The translations under genes were made by a program, and so were the position numbers. The notes beneath the pieces were generated by a model that saw only the letters and a program-made list of their open reading frames with translations, did not search any database and was not told where the DNA came from. Positions 18,324 to 27,103 of a DNA stretch of 29,227 bases are shown here, piece after piece; within the stretch, counting starts at the first letter, position 1, and every line of letters starts with the position of its first letter. The stretch is from Fibrobacteria bacterium (GTDB lineage: Bacteria > Fibrobacterota > Fibrobacteria > UBA11236), in contig JBGTHM010000056.1 in NCBI GenBank assembly GCA_041746255.1, positions 1 through 29,227 of the forward strand. The letters are read 5' to 3'.

Positions 18324-19370
18324 TTACTTCAGGATTCTCAATCCTTTGGCGGGTTGTCCAGCTCCGGTAAAAATGCGTCCGGTCAGGTCTAGGGAGCGCT
18401 GGAAATCCCCACCCTGCGAATGGACTCCATCCAAGGCCAAGAACATCCTGGCCTTTTTGCCGTTGGAGGCGCCAAATCCTTCCTTGTGAATTCCGAGTAT
18501 CGTGGTGGGATTTTCGATAAATTTTAAATAGGCTGCTTTAAAGTCTTCCGGTGTGGCCTCTTTATTGCCTCCCGAGGTAGCACCGGTAAGCCAGTAGTAG
18601 GCCATGCCCGCATCGGAAATATCGAATTTCCCCTTTTGGAAAGTGACGACATTATCCCGTTCCGCCCAGTCACCCTGCTCCCAGATATGACGAATTCTAG
18701 GGTCGGTATGATTTTTGGCCCAGTCCCATCGTGCTTTGGGAGTCTGCAACTTGACATTCTGGTCCCCGATGTCGACCGACGCTATGGAAAAATCCTTGGT
18801 AATGTCGCTGAGATTGTAGAAATCGCCGCTGTTATCATTAGCAGGATGGTGGGTTATAATGGTTACGAATTTTCGTTTGGCCGGCTCGGCGTCTTTTATG
18901 GCGAAGTAGAGGACATCCGGCTCCCCTGCCATAATCATCCATAGAGGGTCGTCCGCCGTTGAAGCATTGACGAGGTCTGTCAAGTGCTTGATTGACGCAT
19001 TTTTTTCCTTACTTTGATTATAGAGCGCCTTGTAGTTCCAAATAGTCAGGTGCTCGAATCCACCCCATAGTTGGACGGTTTTCTCGGCGCCCTCCTGCAT
19101 GACTTTCTGGCGTTCCAATTCCTGAGCGACGGAAATGTTTTGCTGATTATGTACCAGGTCGCAGGAATGGCCGAAGTGGACCAGCCGCTTTTCATGACCC
19201 ATCGCTCGGAACAAGGCAAGCGTGGCTGGGTTGCCCCCGACGTCATCGGGATCGGGGGAGTTGCCGTCCGCAATATAGGCTACCCGGCCTTTGGGGGGCT
19301 CCCCCGCCTCCGTGGATGCGGATGCGATGAGGAAAATTCCGAGAACGATAAGGGTCATGGGTTTGCTCAT
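18324..19370 (-). CDS. Secreted nucleoside-hydrolase-like protein of unknown function
   Basis: Signal peptide ending TEA-G. N-terminal IADGNSPDPDD acidic motif, LWMIMAGEPD and DISDAG. GGAG RBS. Confidence 0.7.
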   Translation of the reverse strand: MSKPMTLIVLGIFLIASASTEAGEPPKGRVAYIADGNSPDPDDVGGNPATLALFRAMGHEKRLVHFGHSCDLVHNQQNISVAQELERQKVMQEGAEKTVQLWGGFEHLTIWNYKALYNQSKEKNASIKHLTDLVNASTADDPLWMIMAGEPDVLYFAIKDAEPAKRKFVTIITHHPANDNSGDFYNLSDITKDFSIASVDIGDQNVKLQTPKARWDWAKNHTDPRIRHIWEQGDWAERDNVVTFQKGKFDISDAGMAYYWLTGATSGGNKEATPEDFKAAYLKFIENPTTILGIHKEGFGASNGKKARMFLALDGVHSQGGDFQRSLDLTGRIFTGAGQPAKGLRILK

Positions 19371-19477
19371 CAATGAATCTCCAGGTTCTTTAAATCACCA
19401 CGTTTGGAGTGATTGCAAAGTCAATTTTATGAATTACTGACTAGGATAGTAAAACAAAAGAGGCTGAATCGTCCCCA

Positions 19478-21442
19478 TTATTCTTTAAGGAAGAACTCTT
19501 TCCCCGATATCGAATACACCTTGAAACCGGGTGTTGACCCGGGACCGGGCGATAGGTAAATCAACCCCTTTCTGAACTCGGGAGAGGATAGGGAGGACCG
19601 CGCCGAAAGTCCGGGCCGGATGGATACCAGATTGGAATTGGCCACGTAAACCGCCCAATCCTGGGAAGCGTTTCCGGGCGCATTGCCGATGGAGACTTTG
19701 CCGCCTCCCGTAACCTGCTTGACCGAACCGGATTGAAGTTCTCCGCCTTTGATGGGATCGAACCAGGAAACATTGAATTTCCCGTTATGGGCGGACAAAT
19801 CGAGCTGGGTAGTGCCGCCATTGGGGAGGTAGATGACATAGGCATCGCCGGGTTTACCCAGGCTCCAATTGCCGGCGCCGGTAATCACGCTGTTATCCGG
19901 GCGCATGTTCCAGAACGGGATTTCGCCTTTCTTCAGAAAGTGCAGAAGGTGGCGCGCATAGTCCCACCATTTGTCCCGGCTTCGGAAATCCTGCAAAGTC
20001 AAATCGCTATGATCGTATTGGTAGCCGAAATAATATTCGCATCCCGCGCCGCCTGCCAGCAGGTTGGCCCAAATCACCTTTTTGCGCGCCGTATTCTGGC
20101 CATCGGCATTTCCCTGGTCCGGAAAAATCCCCTGATTCCCTTTGCCCTGTTCGTCGTTAGCCACCACCCAGGGTTTGTTCGCCGCCGCCGATTTATTCAC
20201 CCATTCTACCGTCCAGGGGTAGAGGTCGTTAAAACTATTATCCCCGCCTTGAAGGGATACCCCGGTCATTTCCGATTTGTCGCCCAACAGGGGGCCGTAA
20301 ATTTTGTTTTGCGCTCCCGGAGTGGTATGCAAGACCCGATTGTGGCCATAGGGATCCACCTTGGCGATATGCCCAATCATGTCGCGTTGTTGCGCGGTGG
20401 TTTGTTCATTTTCCTCTCCCAGGTTCCAGTTCAAAGCCAGATGGTGGCTGAAGCGCGCCACCAATTCCCGGATATATAGTTTGCGCTGCACTCCCAAATT
20501 GCCGTTATCTAAGGCGACATCACCCTTGGTGGCGTGTCCGCCGTCGTTTTCCCGTTCCTGTAGTTTGAAGTGGAGATACATGCCCATATGGTCGCCATGT
20601 TCAAAGACGACTTCCCATTGATCCAATTTGGAGCAATCGTAACGGGTGCGATCCGCTGCCTTGTCGGAAATCATGGGGAATACGTTTTTGTCATCTCCTC
20701 CCACGTTATAGGTCAAAAAAGAAAAGGCGTTCATCTCTTCGGAGGCCAGATAGTTGATGGCTCCGATAAGACCTTTACCCTTGCCGCCTTTCCAGGTGGG
20801 ATTTCCCGCTTGCCAGTCCTTGATGTGCGGCGCATAGGTTTTCAGTCTACCGCCGTTATTGGGGGTATCGTCGAAATCCGCGAAGGCCAGGAGATTTTCG
20901 GGAGAATCCGCTCCCTGTTTCATGAAATATTCACCCGTCTCGGCGAATTGCAGGTGATGCTTGCCCACGTACCTTAATCGACCCTTGGCCCGGTGGTCAC
21001 GTCCGGTTTTGTCCGAGGCGGCAATGGTGAGTTTTCCCGTTTGTCCGTCAATGGCGGCAACGGCGCTGCCGGCATTGGCCCCCGCATCGACGGCGACGCC
21101 CGACCCGGTCCGGAATGACGCCAGATACGTCCATTCGCCCGTCTCATCGGGTGCGAAATGCACCCGCCATTTGTTTCCCGTGGTAGCCCCGGTATTTCCC
21201 GCGTCGCCGTCGGCGGCAAAATAGCCCGGGACGAGGAAGGATTTGGTTCCTTTGGTAAAAGAGACATTGAGCCGGTAATCGAGGAATGGGTTGGGGGCGC
21301 CTTTTTCGTCGGCCTGCGGGCCATCGAAAGTCAGAGTGATTTTATGCCATTTTTTCAATTCTCCGGTTATAACCGGTTCCGCGGCCAGAACTGGAAACAT
21401 CCCCATCGAAAATGCGAGTAAAATCATCAATCTTCTAATCAT
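19478..21442 (-). CDS. Secreted DUF5060-domain putative glycoside hydrolase with C-terminal 'collagen-binding-like' beta domain
   Basis: Signal peptide, then GELKKWHKITLTFDGP...NPFLDYRLNV...WRVHFAPDETGEW (DUF5060-like). Also WNLGEEN, VANDEQG and SWFDPIKGG...DWAVYV. AAGGAG RBS before ATG 21442. Confidence 0.8.
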   Translation of the reverse strand: MIRRLMILLAFSMGMFPVLAAEPVITGELKKWHKITLTFDGPQADEKGAPNPFLDYRLNVSFTKGTKSFLVPGYFAADGDAGNTGATTGNKWRVHFAPDETGEWTYLASFRTGSGVAVDAGANAGSAVAAIDGQTGKLTIAASDKTGRDHRAKGRLRYVGKHHLQFAETGEYFMKQGADSPENLLAFADFDDTPNNGGRLKTYAPHIKDWQAGNPTWKGGKGKGLIGAINYLASEEMNAFSFLTYNVGGDDKNVFPMISDKAADRTRYDCSKLDQWEVVFEHGDHMGMYLHFKLQERENDGGHATKGDVALDNGNLGVQRKLYIRELVARFSHHLALNWNLGEENEQTTAQQRDMIGHIAKVDPYGHNRVLHTTPGAQNKIYGPLLGDKSEMTGVSLQGGDNSFNDLYPWTVEWVNKSAAANKPWVVANDEQGKGNQGIFPDQGNADGQNTARKKVIWANLLAGGAGCEYYFGYQYDHSDLTLQDFRSRDKWWDYARHLLHFLKKGEIPFWNMRPDNSVITGAGNWSLGKPGDAYVIYLPNGGTTQLDLSAHNGKFNVSWFDPIKGGELQSGSVKQVTGGGKVSIGNAPGNASQDWAVYVANSNLVSIRPGLSARSSLSSPEFRKGLIYLSPGPGSTPGFKVYSISGKEFFLKE

Positions 21443-21693
21443 GACAGCTCCTTTGAGTCGAAAAATTCCGAGCAGGGTAAAGATTAACAACTTGCCCATC
21501 AATGATTCTCCGGGGTTCAAGAGGGTGGGAAGTCAATCTCAAGAGAACCTGCGGAAAAAACTAGCGCGGAATTCCTAAAACCGCTGGGGATTCCAGAGCC
21601 ACTTTCGAAGCACTGAGCGCTGTCCTGGAAAGCATCCCTTAAATTTACGGAGAAAGGCTATTAAAAGCCCTTTAAGTCCTCACCTTGTTTCAT

Positions 21694-22566
21694 TTAAAAA
21701 ACATTTTTTCCGTTACGCATTTGCCGCAGGTTCTCCATGGCGTTGATCGCCGAGCCTGCCTGCAAAGGATTGCTGTAGACGACGGCCAACGATTCGACTT
21801 TTTCCATTAACGCCCACTGCATTTTCACGCGCCCCGCAATTTCCGCATCGGAATAGAGATAGGCGCACTGGCCGTTACGGGTTTTCTCCGGGTTGAGTCC
21901 GTGGTAGCGCACATACCCTTTGTCGGTGGTTGCATACGATTTCAAGGGAAACACCGGCGCTACGGAAGCGATTTCCGTATTGCATATGCCCACTCCGCCG
22001 TCTTTCAGTGTTTGCAATACGTATTCCTGATGCCAGCTACGGTGGCGAAACTCGATGTGCACGCTCATGCGCAGGCGCACGGCCTCGGAGGCTACGCGCA
22101 ATAAATATTCCAGGGCCTTGTGGCTTTTGGCCAGGCGTTCATCCAATTGTATTAGGAAGGAATAGAAGCGTCCGGTTTCTACCAACGGAGCCACAGCCTC
22201 GGCATGCCGACGCAGAATGGCTATGCCTCGGTCGGCGTCGAAATGCGTTTGATGGGAAAGGTCTTGATGCATCTTGACGGCATAGAGCATACCGGGCTTG
22301 CTGCGCCTTTCAAGATCAAGGAAGGTTTGTTGCACAGGCTCTTGGTAAAAGGTCTGGTTGATTTCGAGGAAGGAGAAATATTTCTGGTAGTAATGCAGCT
22401 TGTCTCCGTTTGTGCCATTTTTACCACTTTTCTTGGTAGACGGAGGATAGAAACATCCCACCCAATCGTCGTAATGGTATCCGGAGGTTCCGATATGCAC
22501 TTTATGCCGCGGCGTGTTTGCGGGGATTTCCGAGGTTACTGCGGACGTCAGCAATGGTTTCGGCAC
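21694..22566 (-). CDS. DUF72 (YecE-like) family protein
   Basis: IGTSGYHYDDWVGCFYP, EINQTFY, IEFRHRSW, YVRYHG and YLYS motifs. Confidence 0.9.
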   Translation of the reverse strand: MPKPLLTSAVTSEIPANTPRHKVHIGTSGYHYDDWVGCFYPPSTKKSGKNGTNGDKLHYYQKYFSFLEINQTFYQEPVQQTFLDLERRSKPGMLYAVKMHQDLSHQTHFDADRGIAILRRHAEAVAPLVETGRFYSFLIQLDERLAKSHKALEYLLRVASEAVRLRMSVHIEFRHRSWHQEYVLQTLKDGGVGICNTEIASVAPVFPLKSYATTDKGYVRYHGLNPEKTRNGQCAYLYSDAEIAGRVKMQWALMEKVESLAVVYSNPLQAGSAINAMENLRQMRNGKNVF

Positions 22567-22588
22567 GGAGCATTCCTAGGCTGATATA

Positions 22589-22624
22589 CTGCTCAAATGT
22601 ACAGCTATTTTCGGCCGGGTGCAA
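22589..22624 (-). promoter_or_regulatory. sigma70 promoter (TTGCAC-17-TACATT) overlapped by a LexA/SOS-box-like operator
   Basis: -35 at 22624-22619, 17-nt spacer, -10 at 22601-22596. CTGCTCAAATGTACAG (22589-22604) fits CTG-N10-CAG and matches TGCNC-N4-GTGCA with 1 mismatch. Confidence 0.6.
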
Positions 22625-22798
22625 GCGGGGAGTTTGCGGTCCTCAAAGCCTACTTTTTTCCACTCTCACGGCATTAAAAATTACGCACGCGCTCCGAGAT
22701 AAAACCCTGCAAAAATGGGGGAAATCGCATACTTTAAGGTACCGCCGAAGAGTTTATTCTGAATTGAAATGGATTGAAAAATTTATTTGAGGGCCAGT

Positions 22799-23920
22799 AT
22801 GTTAATAACAAAGCGAACAACGGCAATCGGCGGGTTCTTGTTCTTTGTAGCCGCTCAAGCGGCCACATGCGAAACCTTGGGTAGCTCTGCAACGTCGTCC
22901 GAATTGTATACCGAATCGGGTGGACCCAATCCGACCTTCGAATCCTATAAATTTGTCCGCCCAACGGTTAACTGCAATAAATACAAACCCTTCCCGGGCT
23001 CCGTGATAAAAGTAAACCGAGCCCTGGTTGAAACCGGCGAAGACAGTTGGAGGCCCATTTACCAACCCATCAGGCTGCACAACCTGTGCGAGAGCACCAT
23101 CCCCCGCTCCGATTTTCACCAATACCAACGCTGGTATCAAGAAGACGGCAATACGCAGATTTTCCGCCTCTTCAAGGGCGAAGAAAATCGCCGTAATGAC
23201 AGGGAAGGCGCCGCTCGATCCGAAGTTTTTACCACGGAGGGATTTAAGAAGGGAGATGGATGGCAGACCTTCGTTGCCCGCTATACCATCATATCAACCG
23301 ATGGGGGGGCTATTTTCCAGTCGAAAAGCAACGATCACAACTGGGCCGTTCAAATCGACCTGGAAAAAAACGGCGATATCATTTTGGATCACCGCCAAAA
23401 GACAAATGTGGTGCTTGCCAAAAACATGGTGGGGAAAAGCTTTGATTTGAAAGTCATGGATGATGGACACGACTATAAGGTGTATTTCAACGGCAAGTTG
23501 ATTGATTCCGGATTCCTTAGCCGGCCCACGGGAAGCACCAACTTCCGTTGGGGTATCTATCACGGAGAGGTACGGGGCCGTTTCATGGACAAGGACATGA
23601 TGATTTTCATCTCGGGAGCCACCATCAATCCCAAAGGCACTAATCCCAATCCGTCAAGCATCGGAAATCAGGGTGGCATGTCCTCCTTGGTTTCCCAATT
23701 CGTCAGGCTGCATTCCGAAGTTCAGGGATTTCGGGTGGAAACGAAATTTTCCAACGGGATAACCACGGACATTGAGGTTTTCGATCTGAATGGAAATGCA
23801 GTGCTTTCGCAATCCGATGTCGCGAACCATCAATTTGTATCCGTTCCGCAGAAGGGTATTTACCTCGCTCGGATAACTCAGAACCATTCCCACTTTTTTC
23901 AAAAAGTAATGGTTCGCTGA
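22799..23920 (+). CDS. Secreted PL7-like (beta-jelly-roll polysaccharide lyase-like) protein with T9SS type A C-terminal domain
   Basis: Signal peptide. ARSEV, IFQSK and NFRWGIY segments parallel the PL7 R-x-E, Q-x-H and YFKAGxY motifs. C-terminal IEVFDLNG...GIYLARI...KVMV. Confidence 0.7.
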   Translation: MLITKRTTAIGGFLFFVAAQAATCETLGSSATSSELYTESGGPNPTFESYKFVRPTVNCNKYKPFPGSVIKVNRALVETGEDSWRPIYQPIRLHNLCESTIPRSDFHQYQRWYQEDGNTQIFRLFKGEENRRNDREGAARSEVFTTEGFKKGDGWQTFVARYTIISTDGGAIFQSKSNDHNWAVQIDLEKNGDIILDHRQKTNVVLAKNMVGKSFDLKVMDDGHDYKVYFNGKLIDSGFLSRPTGSTNFRWGIYHGEVRGRFMDKDMMIFISGATINPKGTNPNPSSIGNQGGMSSLVSQFVRLHSEVQGFRVETKFSNGITTDIEVFDLNGNAVLSQSDVANHQFVSVPQKGIYLARITQNHSHFFQKVMVR

Positions 23921-24079
23921 GGTTATCGGACAAAAAACCCTCGCCATAACCCCTTATAACGAGGGGTTCCGCCATTTCCCTACCAGGGCCATTCCCTTTT
24001 CGGCAAACATTCCACAAGGATTTTCCTAAATTCAGGCGGGACGGGCTGTACCGCCAAAATCCCGAGAGGACGGACTGGA

Positions 24080-25201
24080 ATGGAAAAAATGCAACGCCGC
24101 GACTTTTTGCTGGCTGCGGGAGCCTTGACGGCTGCGGGCAGCACTGTGCTGCTGGGCTGCCAAGCCGATTCCAACAGCCAAGCGCAAAAAGCGCCCGCCG
24201 GCTTTACCGGAAAAAAAATCCGCTGGAACATGGTGACGACTTGGCAAGCGGGATTTCCCGTCATGGGCGAGGGCGTCGATTTATTCGCCCAATGGATCGA
24301 AGAAATGTCGCAGGGTGAGTTGAGTATCAAAGTTTACGGCGCGGGCGAATTGGTTCCCGCCATGGAAAGCTTCGAAGCGGTGAGCGGCGGTGCGGCGCAA
24401 ATGGGACATGGCGCGGCCTATTACTGGGCGGGAAAAGTACCTGCTGCCCAATTTTTCACCTGCGTGCCCTTCGGAATGAACGCCCAGCAAATGTCCGCCT
24501 GGATCCATCATGGAGGAGCGCTTCCCCTGTGGGAGAATCTCTACGCGGATTTCAATCTGGTTCCCATGCCCATGGGTAACACCGGCGTGCAAATGGGAGG
24601 CTGGTTCAACCGGAAAATAAATTCCCTCTCCGATTTGAAAGGCCTTAAAATGCGCATTCCGGGTTTGGGAGGCCAGGTGCTTTCCCGCGCCGGAGGTACG
24701 GCCATTTTATCGCCGGGCGGCGAGATTTACACCAATCTGGAAAGAGGCGTAATCGACGCGACCGAATGGATAGGCCCCTACCACGACTATTTGATGGGCT
24801 TTCATAAAATCGCGAAGTATTACTATTACCCCGGCTGGCACGAACCGGGTTCGGTATTGGAACTCATCATCAACAAGCGAAGCTGGGAAAACCTCCCAGG
24901 CCACTTACAGGCTATCGTACGGGGAGCAGCAGCGCGAGTCGACCAATGGATGCTTTCCCGTTTCGAAGCCGAAAACCGGGTTTATCTCGCCAAAATCAAA
25001 GAGGAAAAAGGCGTGCAAATCCTGCCCTTCTCTCCGGAAATCCTGCTCGAGCTGAAACGCCATACCGAAGAAGTGCTGGAGGATTTGGCGGCGAAAAATC
25101 CCGCAGCCAAAACCGTGTACGAATCCTTTTCGAAGTTCCGCAATGAGATGACGGATTGGTCCCGGCTTTCCGAGCAGGCATATCATTCGCTTCCGGCCTG
25201 A
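24080..25201 (+). CDS. dctP: TRAP transporter substrate-binding protein, TakP-like (2-oxoacid/monocarboxylate)
   Basis: Twin-arginine signal QRRDFL. YYWAGK, GNTGVQMGGWF, KMRIPGLGG, DATEWIGP and YYYPGWHEPG. Confidence 0.93.
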   Translation: MEKMQRRDFLLAAGALTAAGSTVLLGCQADSNSQAQKAPAGFTGKKIRWNMVTTWQAGFPVMGEGVDLFAQWIEEMSQGELSIKVYGAGELVPAMESFEAVSGGAAQMGHGAAYYWAGKVPAAQFFTCVPFGMNAQQMSAWIHHGGALPLWENLYADFNLVPMPMGNTGVQMGGWFNRKINSLSDLKGLKMRIPGLGGQVLSRAGGTAILSPGGEIYTNLERGVIDATEWIGPYHDYLMGFHKIAKYYYYPGWHEPGSVLELIINKRSWENLPGHLQAIVRGAAARVDQWMLSRFEAENRVYLAKIKEEKGVQILPFSPEILLELKRHTEEVLEDLAAKNPAAKTVYESFSKFRNEMTDWSRLSEQAYHSLPA

Positions 25202-25260
25202 GAGGCCGGGTCCTAGGCTCCCTTACCAGCGGCTATGGCGCACGTTTGGCGGCGGCTATT

Positions 25261-26574
25261 TTAGCGACCCGACAAATAGGCCGGCAATCCCGTGACCAAT
25301 TCGGGAAAGACAATCACCGCCAACAGACAGATTAACTGGATGCCGATAAAAGGAATAGCCCCGCGATACAGGTGCCGGGTTTTAATTTCCGGCGGCGCGA
25401 CCCCTTTCAAATAGAACAGGGCGAAACCGAAAGGCGGCGTGAGAAAGGAAGTCTGCAAGTTAAGCGCCATAAGGATTCCGAACCAAAGCGGGTTCACCTC
25501 CATGCCGATAAGGATGGGAGCGACTACCGGCACCAGGATGAAAATAATTTCGATGAAGTCGATGAAAAAACCCGCGATGAAAATGACCAGCATGACCACG
25601 ACCAGAAATCCCGTCGGCCCCAGCGAAGACGCCGCAACCATGTCCGAAAGGTAGGCGTCGCCTCCCAACCCCCTAAAAACCAGGGTGAAAGCCGTGGCTC
25701 CCACCAGAATGGTGAATACCATGCTGGTCATGAAAGCGGTTTCGCGCGCGACGCCTTTGATGACTTCCAACGAGAGCTTCCGTTTGTATGCCGTCAAAAC
25801 CACAGCGCCCAACGCTCCCACCCCGGCCGCCTCGGTGGGCGAAGCGATGCCCGCGAATATCGACCCCAATACCGACACCACCAATAAGAATGGAGGAAAA
25901 AAAGATCGGATTAACCGGCGCACCACTTCCTTTTCTCCGAAGCCGTTCCCATCACCCCGATGCAAGGCCGGCAAATAATCCGGTTTGAACAAAGCCATCA
26001 GCAGGATATAAAGGAGGTAGAGGAAAACCAGCAACAGCCCCGGAATCACCGCGCCCATGAACATATCGCCTACCGGCACGTTAAGCGTGCTTCCCAGCAA
26101 GATGAGCACGATGGAAGGAGGTATGATCTGGCCCAATGTCCCCGAAGCCGCCACGGTTCCGCAAGCCAACTCGGGGGAGTACCCTCTTTTCAACATGATG
26201 GGAAGCCCCATCAATCCCATAGTTGCTACCGTAGCGCCCACAATCCCCGTCGAGGCGGCCAACAGCGCTCCCACGATGATCACGGAATAGACGAGACCTC
26301 CGCGAAACCGCCCGAACAAAAGCGCCATGGATTCCAGTAACTCCTCGGCTATCCCCGATTTCTCCAACATCACACCCATGAACACGAAAAGTGGCACCGC
26401 AAGTAGCACGTAATTGGTCATGATGCCCCAAATCCGCAAGGGAAGCAGGGCAAAGAATTCGGGTCCGAAAAAAATCCACCCAAAAAGCAGGGAAGCCCCT
26501 CCCAGGGTGAACGCCACCGGGAATCCCGCCAGCAGGAGGATGAAGATCAGCAACAGTAACAGCAGCGCTATCAC
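25261..26574 (-). CDS. dctM: TRAP transporter large permease DctM
   Basis: GFPVAFTLGG, LLAVPLFVFMG, ASGTLGQIIPPS, NLQTSFLTPPFGFALFYLKGVAP. Start GTG 26574 or 26604. Confidence 0.95.
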   Translation of the reverse strand: MIALLLLLLIFILLLAGFPVAFTLGGASLLFGWIFFGPEFFALLPLRIWGIMTNYVLLAVPLFVFMGVMLEKSGIAEELLESMALLFGRFRGGLVYSVIIVGALLAASTGIVGATVATMGLMGLPIMLKRGYSPELACGTVAASGTLGQIIPPSIVLILLGSTLNVPVGDMFMGAVIPGLLLVFLYLLYILLMALFKPDYLPALHRGDGNGFGEKEVVRRLIRSFFPPFLLVVSVLGSIFAGIASPTEAAGVGALGAVVLTAYKRKLSLEVIKGVARETAFMTSMVFTILVGATAFTLVFRGLGGDAYLSDMVAASSLGPTGFLVVVMLVIFIAGFFIDFIEIIFILVPVVAPILIGMEVNPLWFGILMALNLQTSFLTPPFGFALFYLKGVAPPEIKTRHLYRGAIPFIGIQLICLLAVIVFPELVTGLPAYLSGR

Positions 26575-26590
26575 GGCTTGAACTCGGTTT

Positions 26591-27103
26591 TCATGCCCGC
26601 TCACCTCGGGACGGAATTATTTTAGCGGCCGACTTAGCGGCCATAGCCCATCCCTGCAGGAGCAAAAGGGCATAGGCCAGGGGTATACAGGCTTTAAGCA
26701 AATAGCGATAGGGCAACCCCCCGGGGTCGGGCGAAGTTTCCTGGATGGCGAAGGAATTGGCGACGTAATTCCAGGAACCGATTAGGATGAAAACACAAAA
26801 AGGCGTGAGGAAAAGCAGGACACCCAGCAGGTCAATCCAGGCCCGCCCTTTTTCCGAGAGTCCGTTGTAAAAAATATCGACGCGCACATGTTTATCGTGC
26901 TTCAGGGTATAGGCCGTAGCCAACAGGAAAAGTACGGAAAACAGATGCCATTGCAATTCCTGCGCGGCCACGGTGGACCGGTTTAGGGCATAGCGGGTGA
27001 AGACATCGAAACAAACCACCGCTACCAGCAGCACCGACAAGGCGGAGACGGCTCTACCCGTAGCTTCGCTTATTCCCTCGGCGATGCGGATGAAAAGCTG
27101 CAA
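26591..27103 (-). CDS. dctQ: TRAP transporter small permease DctQ
   Basis: QELQWHLFS, HVRVDIFY, ETSPDPGGLP and four TMs. Likely TTG start at 27103 after AAGGAAG. Confidence 0.92.
   Translation of the reverse strand: MQLFIRIAEGISEATGRAVSALSVLLVAVVCFDVFTRYALNRSTVAAQELQWHLFSVLFLLATAYTLKHDKHVRVDIFYNGLSEKGRAWIDLLGVLLFLTPFCVFILIGSWNYVANSFAIQETSPDPGGLPYRYLLKACIPLAYALLLLQGWAMAAKSAAKIIPSRGERA

Noticed and set aside
23933..23968. Hairpin after the PL7-like gene
   Set aside because: No U-tract on the + strand and alternative pairings are possible, so it is not called as a terminator.
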